From Blasia pusilla (Eukaryota), in contig CM114271.1 of NCBI GenBank assembly GCA_050084515.1, forward strand, positions 40,114,001 to 40,178,000: a stretch of DNA of 64,000 nucleotides, read 5' to 3'. Positions within the stretch are counted from its first letter, which is position 1. Each line of letters opens with the position of its first letter. This document shows positions 54,978-64,000 of this stretch, piece after piece. The position numbers were made by a program, and so were the translations under genes. The notes beneath the pieces are model-generated. The model searched no databases. It had not been told where the DNA came from and saw only the letters and a program-made list of their open reading frames with translations.

Positions 54978-55299
54978 CAAGATTGCATATGGACAAAGTT
55001 TGTGTCCATCGATATGTCCATGTCCGTGGACTTACATTGGTCCCATAGAAGGACTTATCCATGTGGGCCCCATCTTACCCTTCTTTCCCATCCCCTCCCA
55101 ATTTTCTTCGTGGTGCACACTTTCTTGTTTCTTCCTCCTCCCACATCCATTCCCACCCCCTTAATTTCCCCATCCACCCTTGCCTTCACTTCTATCATAA
55201 ACTATAAGTGTGGGCCCCATATTTTTTGATCCATATCGATGGATATATCCAATATTGTACGTCCTAAGAACGGACTTGCCAATTTTTTTTGCAACCATG
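54978..55299. mobile_element. hAT-like MITE, copy 2
   Basis: CAAGATTGCA...TGCAACCATG ends; 8-bp TSD ggatacat/gtatacat (7/8); interrupts the Helitron helicase. Confidence 0.8.
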
Positions 55300-57519
55300 G
55301 TATACATGGGAGAACGACTTGATCTTTAGTGTTCCGACCAATGATGATTTTGGCATCAACGACATGTTGGATGAATAAATGAATCACCAATTGGGTTCCG
55401 CTAGCTTGTCCTTTTGAAATTTTCAAGTTTTGCAAAAGCATGAAAGGTGCTCCAATTTTCAAGCATAAATAATGTGATGATAAACCAAACGGTAAGTAGA
55501 TATGTAAGTATTCTATGGGACAGACATGACTCATTCCCTCGCGCGGAACCGAATCAACAATAAGGTAAGTAGATTCTATGTAGAAATATAACTTAGAAGA
55601 TGATTTGAGCTTCGATGCATAATAAATTTGAAGAATTGATGAAGAAAATTACATTCAAAGTATTAGAAAACCAAGATGATCCCTCTATAGAATGGAGACA
55701 CGACGTTCGCATTGATGTTATAAACATCTTGATTTTTTGATATAAGAATTTGTATATCTCTTAAAAAGTTGATGTCAAAAATCTTTTCAAAATCTTTTGC
55801 ATTGATGAAGTCAATAATATCACTTATTTTCTTACTCTTGGTCACCATATATTTGGAAATTTTATAAAATCATCTCCGGAGTGAGCTTGCAAAGATACAC
55901 GATTCTCTCCCACACCCAATAACCAATCTGTAGGTCGTAGTTCATTTCCAAATTTTGAACTCTTACATTTGTTGTAAGCTTCATCACCCTCATATAAAAC
56001 CATAAATATTACCTCTTTAGTGTAGCTTGGATAATTTGTGGATGATCTCCATGAAGAACCACAAACAAGACTTGGCAAAAATCCCCACAAAAGATCGCTA
56101 ATTTGCCACCAAAAGGAACGTTCCTCAAGTTTTTAGATACCATTCCCATGATATCTTGGAAGGAAGAATTTATAGTCTTGAATGCATGGTGATGAGTCAT
56201 GTCACATCTGAATAGCCGATAGGCCGGGATCTATTGTCGATAGGGCGTAGGAGCCAGTGGACTATCTTGAGTGTAACTTTGTCCGACGGTGTCGGATGAG
56301 GTTGAGGATAGGTCCATTGTGTCAGAAACGTCGTTTCTGACAACTTTCCTTTTGAGGTCTTTCACACCCGGGTGACTTGTTGACCAAATCACCCGCCCCT
56401 GGTAACCTGTGCGCGCATGTTACTAGGAGGATAGCTATTTTTAGGGGAAGAACTTTTTGGCTCTTCCCAACCCTATATAAGGGAGGAAGATGGTTTTCCC
56501 AAGCCATCTTTCTCATGTTGGGCCGTTGGAGCACCTCTCTTGTATGTGTGTGAGATAGGACTAGGGTGCTAAAGTCCGTATTCCTTGATAGCGCAGGGTG
56601 GACGAGGCTCGATATGCCGATGTTGATTGAGGAGTGGAGTTTTAGGCCGGGTGTGCAATTTTAACTACTCTTTTTCCTGGAGTTCTTCCTGGATGTGGTG
56701 GTCGAGGACCACCACCAGCCATAGGAGATGGAGCAGGAGCACCAGAGCCGACATTTCTCTCACGCATCGATCAGTTGGACCAGAGGATTGCTGCCATGAC
56801 GATGATGCAGCTCAGGGAAGGCACGGAGCCGCGAGCAAGTAGTGTGGTTCCAGCTTCTATCTCTTACCCTGACCCGGGTGAGGATCTTGCTAGTATGGGG
56901 TTTATGTATAGTACAGCTCAGGTTGAGGCAGCTGCAGTGGTGACACGGGGTGTTGCGAGAGGCACCAAGCCATCGAGAGGTCGAGTTGAGATTGACCCAT
57001 CGGAGGGGACCGATGGGCGTCAAGCCAAGGTTCCATAGTCATTCACATTGTCGGAGGCACTACACACACCATCGATGGTGCCTCAACGACCAGCGGTGCC
57101 TACAGCTCAGGAAGGTACGTCGACGTCACAAGGAGTTGGAGTGACAACTCTTATCTGGATCGAGTGGAGTCTGTGTTGACCATAGTGTTGGAGGTGGCCA
57201 CAGAGTGAGTCAGACTTCGCTATTTTCCGCCATAGAGTTGGCGACATTGGGAGTTGGACCAGATGAGTTGTTTTGGCTGGCTGCCACGTTGTGCGAGTAT
57301 GGAGAGGTGACTGCTTCTTATTCAGAGATAGTTGAGGAGGTGGTGGACTTGCCCTTCAGAGCCGGTGCTCGGAATGTCGCCCATAGAGTCATGGCATGCC
57401 GCGGCGGCGAAGTTGGTAAATATGCGTGCTCGACCGGCCATAGAGCGAGCAGTTGTGACACTTGGAGTAGTGTTACTGGATAACCGAGCTTGAGTATTTC
57501 CCTTGGTTAGTCTGACGGG

Positions 57520-57850
57520 GACAATATACCACCCGCATTGCGTCCCACTTGATTTGGGAGCGTAGCCCTTGATGTTAGGGAAGGCAACGTGTTTAGCGTT
57601 GGGGTTACGGAAGGCCGACATTGAGACTTGTCCCTTCTAGATACAGACCTCGATTGGGGGCGTGTTACCAACGCAGTATATGAATCGACAAGAGGTAGTT
57701 GTCAGAGTCTTGCAAGAGCATGCGACAGATAGTGCTATGGTGCGCAGACGTACGATTACGACATGAGTTGAGTCGTACGATGTGTTGGTGGGGAGTAGAG
57801 TGTTATATCCCCTAGGATTCATCCTTGACTTCTGGGAGGAGACCGTTGCT
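57520..57850 (+). pseudogene. Retropepsin-like aspartic protease domain
   Basis: VPLDLGA*PLMLGK (LLDSGA-like; the second copy reads RVLLALGAQTLLLGK) ... YDVLVGSRVLYPLGFILDFWEET. Confidence 0.65.
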
Positions 57851-58269
57851 TATCGGCCACGGTGGTGGTCAGGTGACAGGCGGATGAGTCAGTTACCTAT
57901 GCAGTTTGCGGGACGAGGTGGTCGATCACAAGACGAGTCTGTGACCACGCTGGCAACTTTCATAGGTAGTGTTAGCTGGCGTGGAGAGTTTTTGGAGGGG
58001 AATGCACATGCGGAGGATATCCCAATAGCGGATAGTGCCATAGAGAGAAACGCCATGGCGGGTGTCTCTCCCATGTTGGTGAGACCTCTTCACCATTGTG
58101 GGGTACGACTCGAGAGCTACACAAGAGTGCCGAAGACCTCGTGAGGCAGGCGTGGGGTCATGCCTTTATTCCGGAGCAGCGAGAGTCAGGTGGCGATCGG
58201 GCCCTTGGAGTGGAGGCGTTGACTCCATTGGATACCACACTCATTGTGTGGCAGTGTCTAGAGGAGGTT

Positions 58270-59230
58270 GTTAGGGTGTTAGATCTCTTCGGAGGGATTA
58301 GCACAAGATGGGCTACGGTATTATAGGCGGGGATATGGGTGCATCAGTACCTTTATGTGGAGAGAGATGAGACCGCGCGGCGAGTATCATTACGTCACGT
58401 AGCGAGATTGGTCTAGAGGTATCATGAGTTATTGCCGGTATCTGCAGTACATGGATATCAGCATACACTACCCGCCGACATCTCTTTGGTGGGGGCGTAG
58501 GATCTCGATAGAGTTGGCACCATTCATTTGGTAATTGCTAGATGGCCGTGTTAGGGTCATTCATTAGCTGGTTGAGGATTTGGATTGCATGATCCGAGGT
58601 CAGGGATGTTTTGGGAGATGCTGCGAGTAGTACCACACTTGCAAGAGAGTCAAACATGTTCTCCAGAGTACATTTTGGAGAACGTGCTGTTGTTGGGAGA
58701 CACTCGTGCACGTTTGATGACGAGTGTGCGTCAGGTGTGCATCTAGTTGGGACTTGCTATGTTGCTAGATGCAGTGAGAGTTGGATCACGCGCCCATCGT
58801 CCATGACTGTGGTGGACAAACCTAGTACCATCAGAGATACTGAGTCGAGCAGACGATGGAGTCCAGAGAGCACCACATCTCAGAGTGGATGCTATTTTGG
58901 GCTCAGGATGTCAATCTCAGGTGGTGAGGCGGGATGATAGACCACCGTTGGCGATGACCAATATGGTGGGGGATTTGAGGGTAGCCTTACCTACGTTGGT
59001 GAGCTTGCCAAAATCCCATGCCTTTTGTCAGGGAGGTCCAGGCATGATTTGGGATGAGGTGACCCAAGCATTGGAGGAGCCTATAGCACATGAGCGCGAG
59101 CGTGCCATGGGATTTGCTACAGGAAATACGGCGGTGCCAAGGATGACTGAGGCATCCCGGAGACAGGTGTTGGGGCAGGCAATGGACCTCAACTGTCTCA
59201 CATGGATAGTTAGCCTAGGTATGGCTGAGC
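58270..59230 (+). pseudogene. DNMT3-like C5 cytosine DNA methyltransferase domain within the retroelement polyprotein
   Basis: One reading frame with 7 in-frame stops. Motif I VLDLFGGI (58276), motif II YVERD, motif IV LVIARWPC*GHS (PC at 58546-58551), motif VI YILENV (ENV at 58678), motif VIII LLDAVRVGSRAHRP*LWWTNL (~58760-58824), motif IX ERERAMGF (59092), motif X RRQVLGQAM (59158). Confidence 0.88.
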
Positions 59231-59689
59231 ATAGATGGATGCAAGTGTCATCCATGCCGTCACGCCCACGAGTTGGACCATTGCCTACAGGGTCTGTACA
59301 GGCATTGGCTGGGGGCGGGATGAGGAGAGATAGACACCCACGGACTTCCTGGGATGTCGTTTGAGCGGAGAGTGCAAATGCGGCTAGAGCAGCACATGTT
59401 CATTTTTTGGATATGGAGCATGGGGTAGAAGGTCAGAGTGGAGTGATTGTTGCGGAGGTGGCTAGGATTGCTACATAGTAACCAAAGTCAAAGGTTGCGT
59501 CCTCTCCGAGTGAGGTCACGATGGAGACTTGGGAGCCTGTGATAGGTCTCAAGTTGATAGAAGGAGAGCAACTATGAGTTCATAAGTTTTTGAGAGGGCA
59601 TGTTAGTTGTTTTGCCTTCAATATGGGAGACTTGGGTACGCTGAAGGGTCCCGAGATACGGATTGAGTTGGCTAGTGCTACGCCGATCT

Positions 59690-60434
59690 TTCGTCCACCC
59701 TATATAGATATTCCGATATGGAGCGAGCCTTGACTCAGAGCAGGAGTCATGACTTGTTGGAGGGAAGTATTGTGGAGTTATCACATAGGGAGTATGCATC
59801 TACCATAATCATGCCGGTGAAGAAGGATATGTATGGCAATTGGACGGATAGGCGGATGTGTGGAGATTACCGTCCTATCAATCGATAGACGAGGTCAGAT
59901 CCGTACGCCATGCCTACTCTTGAGGATATCTTTGATGCGGTAGGGCGTTCAAAGATCTTCAATATTTTAGATCTCCATGTTGGCTATCATCAGCTTCCTA
60001 TCAGGTTAGAGGACAGGGAGAAGACAACATTTTGGGGGATAGATCGGTTCAGGAGAGATTGCTTGTATCAGTGGTAGTTCTTACCATTTGGGTTGAAGAA
60101 CGCGCGTGCACAGTTTCAAAGAGTGATGGATAGGATTTTGGCTAGCTTGGATTTTGTACAATGTTACATAGATGATATTCTTATCTTCAATTCCACGGTT
60201 GAGGAGCATGAGCAACACCTGGAGGTGTTTTGGCGATTGCAATTACATGGACTGAAGTTACATCCAAGCAAGTGTAGATTCTTTCAGGAGAAGGTTGAGT
60301 ACTTGGGACACACCATATACCCGAGTGGGTTAGACGTTCAACAGACAAAGGTGGAGGCTATTGCGCAGATTCCACGTCCTACAGCTGTGAGTCAAGTCCA
60401 AGCGTTTGTTGGACTGGAAAACTTCTATCAACGG
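59690..60434 (+). pseudogene. Ty3/Gypsy reverse transcriptase domain
   Basis: RMCGDYRPINR, LDLHVGYHQL, EDREKTTFW, LPFGLKNA, YIDDILIF, LHPSKCRF, VEYLGH. Confidence 0.93.
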
Positions 60435-60481
60435 TTAGAGTCAAAAGAGTCGACTCAAACCATGTGCATACATCCCAACCC

Positions 60482-61599
60482 GTGACAGAGTGCGAGCATC
60501 CTTCAATGCTCCCACTCCGCAGTTAAATCCTTTGCCGATTATGGGTTTAGGTTATCGATGGATTTTAGACTTTGTGGGACCTTTTCCATTGACGGGGCGT
60601 CATCACAGGTACGTGTTGGTGATGGTGGAGCATTTCTCCAAGTGGATAGAGTTGGTGGCACTACCGGACAAGGTGAGAGAGGGAACAGCTTATGCGTTTC
60701 TAGATCATGTGCTTAGTCACTTGGGTGCACCGGCGGAGGTGTTGATTGACTAGGGTACCGAGTTTAGGGGAGACTTTCAGGCCTGGTGTGATCAGGCGTT
60801 GATAGATCATCGCACCACGTCTAGAGATCATCCTAAGGCGGATGGGTTGGCGGAGAGAGTAGTACAGATGGTGAAGAGAGGATTGCGCAAGTATGGCTTG
60901 GAGTGGGGATAGTTGAGGGAGTGGGACCTACACTTGCTATGGTTGGTTGTGGGTTATCGCTTTCGTCGGTAGACATCCTTGGCGTCATTTTCACCGTACT
61001 TTTTGATCTTTGGGAGAGAGCCACATTTAGCTACCTACAACTATTCAATGTGACATGGCGGAGGTGTTAGATCTTGATGATCCAGATGTGTGGGTTCAAG
61101 CGTGTTCTCAGAGGACGGAAATTTATCTCAGAGTTATGCATATGGCCTTTGAGAACTTAGCTATTGCTCAACATTGAGGTACGCGACCATTCCTAGAGGA
61201 GGTTATCGTCCAGGGATTAGGAGATTTTTTCCTGGAGATTACGTGTATTTACAGCAGGTGGCACTCACGACGCTAGATGTCACTACAGGGCGCACAATCC
61301 TACGTGTGCGCGAGGTATCATCGACCGGAGTCCTCATCTTGGAGGGACGGGATGGTATGGTTTGGAAGGATCATGTGCGCAATTGTGCGCCATGTCATCT
61401 TATGGACGTAGACGGGACAGTGGATCCAAGCTTGGCACTGGTACCTGTAGGCTTGAGGTGTATGTTGTGCGGATCTGCGAGGGATGCATCCACCATGTTG
61501 GTAGGTGATGGTTATTCTCGAGGGTGGCATATGTCATGTCTGATCCTCCCTCTTGATGTAGTTCCCACGAGACGATGGATATATCCGAGATGTGTATAG
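60482..61599 (+). pseudogene. DDE integrase core with C-terminal PHD finger
   Basis: WILDFVGP (D), EHFSKWIELVAL, VLID*GTEF (D), LAERVV (E), then CMLC-x9-GDGY..GWHMSCL..PLDVVP..RWIYPRC (PHD-like, 61459-61593). Confidence 0.85.
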
Positions 61600-62812
61600 G
61601 GTAGTAGGTCGTGTCAGAGAGATGTGATATTTTTTATCTGGAGCTAGGGGGATCCAAGTGCCAACTAGGGGGGCGGTTGTGTGATCTCCATGTATATGTA
61701 TGAGTTGATTTCAGTACATGTGTGGATCTATCCGTGTGTGGGGAAGATCGATGTTGTGTGGTGTAGATGTGACCATCGATGTATGTTGTGTAGCGATATG
61801 TATGAGCACGACACTCATATTTCCCTCATCTCATATGATAAGCCAAATCCTTCGAATATAGCATGCAACTTAGCTATTAGTCGGTAAAATCAAAATAAAT
61901 ATATTAAAAAATATTGGTATTTTGGAAAAGACATTACATCCTTGCCACTTTAATGCAGTTGCAAAGTGATGAATTGAGTATAAGCCTGCAAGTGGAGTTG
62001 TAGGGTTTAGGGTTTAATGGAAATGGAGTTTTCATCTACATTGATTGGAATGTTGAAGCGTGAATGGGTTGTGAATCCTTCATCTTACAACTATCCTTGA
62101 TGAAGCACCAACTAAAGCTACACCTTATGCATCTCGTACATTTGCAAGAAGAAGATTATATAAGAAGGTTTTTTTTCAGTTTTTCAATGCCCATCCATAA
62201 TGAACATTTTAGAAGTAAATGTAATATCTCCATCAATGATGCTATCAAGCTTCTCAAGTATAACATTCCAAATCAATCGTTGTCCATTATTCAAATTCTC
62301 CTCTCCTTACCTAGTTTTTTCACATAGCGAATCTATATCATATAGGAGCTCTTTTACTTTCAAATACAAATATTACAATGGAGTATGGGAATCATCTTGG
62401 GGCATATACAAGGTTACTAGACTAGATTACTATACTGCTATGTGTTTTGATGCCTAAAGTGACCGTGTTCTGATAGTCCAAGGAGTACTAGGTGGCGTTT
62501 GAGCAACTAAAGTTTATGGTTAGCAATGTACAAAATTTGGCAAAAATAACCAAAAATAAAATCTTTTTTTTTGGTAATGAATCATCATAGATAATTCATT
62601 ATTTTTGGGGAAATAGCTCATGGCGATGTAATAAAACTTTTGGTTAACGCCATAGAAAATTTCAATCCTATTTATGAAGTGAAAAAAGTAAGAATCTTAG
62701 GTCTGTGGAACACGACACAGGGCCTGTAACCAAGACCAATAATATTTGCTATCCAATCCGTCACGGGTAGATCTGGCATTTTAATTCGGGAATCATCTTG
62801 ACTTGGCTGATT

Positions 62813-63073
62813 CAAGGTTTCATGTGGACAAAGTCTGTGTCCGTGGACTTACGTCCGTCCTATGGAAGGACTTGTCCATATAGGTCCCACCTTCCTCTTC
62901 TTTCTCTTTCCCCCCACTTGCCTTTGTGTCCCTTTCTGTCATGTTTCTTCTTTTTTCCACCTCCACTTCCTTCCCTCTTATTGCTCCACAGGCCTTGGCC
63001 CAGACATCATAAACTTTAAGTATGGGCCCCATCTCTTGCAATTCGTGTCAGTGGACATGTCCAAACTTGTCCG
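62813..63073. mobile_element. hAT-like MITE, copy 3 (3'-truncated)
   Basis: caaggtttcatgtggacaaagtctgtgtccgtggactt... is nearly identical to the start of copy 1; the right TIR is missing. Confidence 0.75.
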
Positions 63074-64000
63074 TTTCTGGATAATTATGGGCATATATGG
63101 GAAATCAAATAGTCTCTTTCGTTGATATGGAAAATGATAATGGACTTTCAATATTGCGATTATCATAATCAAAGCATTAGGGGAAAGATCAAGCATCCCT
63201 ATTTTCTACATGGATCTTGGGATTTATGAAATAAGTCCAATAGAAAAAAGATGAAATAAGAGAAGTACAAAAGGAAACAAGAACATGAATTACCTCATAT
63301 TTTTCATATAAATATCATCTATATATAGGATAAAGAATGACTCCATAGTTCAATAGGTTGAGCATATGTGTTATAAGCCAAAATAACAATGAATAGTTAA
63401 CGAAAGGCACAACCCGTGCGGATTTATGAAGCTTCTTGGAAGCATGAGTAAACTTCTCTATCATCCTCAAGAAGACCCATTTAAATAGTAGCCTCCTTAA
63501 AGGTTAGATATAACATTCCATACATAGTTCTCGAGTATTTGTATGTAGTTACACCTTGAATATGATGAAACAACAATTGAAATTAATGGGGTTCGTATAT
63601 CTACAAAAACTTGAATGTAAATATATAATACAGAAAAAATTGCAAATGGATTTGAATATCCTTGAAAGTGGATTTAATATAGCATAAAATACAAAGAGAT
63701 ATACCTAATAAGTGGCCAATACGTTGACCACAATTGTTTCTTCTTTGGATTTTACGGATCCATTATTTTATTGCTCTAATAATAATAGGAAGGAAAATCC
63801 ACACATAGATATTATCAAGGTAACAAATCGCAACAATTAGTTGCAAACCATTCCATAAGAATTGTCTCCCTTTTTCTTTGTAGAATATATGTTAGAATGT
63901 TGTGATCATCGAAGACTACCAATCTCACAATACTTGAATGTTTTGGATGTAAGTTGAACTTGAAAAGTCTCTAGCATGCCCCAGAAGAAGAGATGTATTT

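Larger units (their letters stand above)
56200..61813 (+). mobile_element. Ty3/Gypsy-type retroelement encoding protease, DNMT3-like methyltransferase, RT, integrase and PHD finger (decayed)
   Basis: TG at 56200, CA at 61813, 4-bp TSD GTCA/CTCA. Removing it restores the Helitron helicase frame. PPT at 61667-61676. Domains are listed separately. Confidence 0.9.
54649..64000 (-). mobile_element. Decayed Helitron (Rep/PIF1 helicase), interrupted by two MITEs and the DNMT-Gypsy element
   Basis: PIF1 motifs: LII*DEGNM|THHHAF (split by the insertion), PFGGK..FCGDFCQVL, KIGAPFMLLQNL...GTQL, QFPI..SMSINKSQDQTL...VFSHG...VALSR. 3' end is CTAG at 54649-54652 followed by T, with a degenerate hairpin cagtgcaatgtatgg at 54661-54675. 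Rep-like RVVPF near 63410. Confidence 0.8.

Noticed and set aside
58270-59230. Host DNMT3/DRM gene or bacterial contamination as the source of the MTase
   Set aside because: It is intronless, lies between protease and RT, is present in two element copies, and is embedded in plant TE sequence with a TSD.
62001-62016. Telomere-like TAGGGTTTAGGGTTTA
   Set aside because: Only about two units inside a Helitron relic; not an array.

Overview
Eukaryotic nuclear DNA from a land plant, probably a non-flowering one such as a bryophyte or lycophyte (inferred, not established). There is one clear intact host gene: a 5-exon POLTERGEIST/PLL-type PP2C phosphatase (43517-48116, +, 989 aa). It sits among nested, decayed transposons. 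These include an Athila-like Ty3/Gypsy pol split by a 16.5-kb CACTA element (16070-32562, ACT target-site duplication), a MULE-like transposase relic flanked by 31-bp palindromes, LINE, copia and Helitron relics, and a three-copy hAT-like MITE. The most striking object is a Ty3/Gypsy-type retroelement at 56200-61813, with a partial second copy at 37317-39599. Its decayed polyprotein reads protease - DNMT3-like C5 cytosine methyltransferase - RT - integrase - PHD finger. It has TG...CA ends and a 4-bp TSD, but its two ends are different sequences (block A at the 5' end, block B at the 3' end) rather than two identical LTRs. All calls come from manual reading and translation; no database searches were run.
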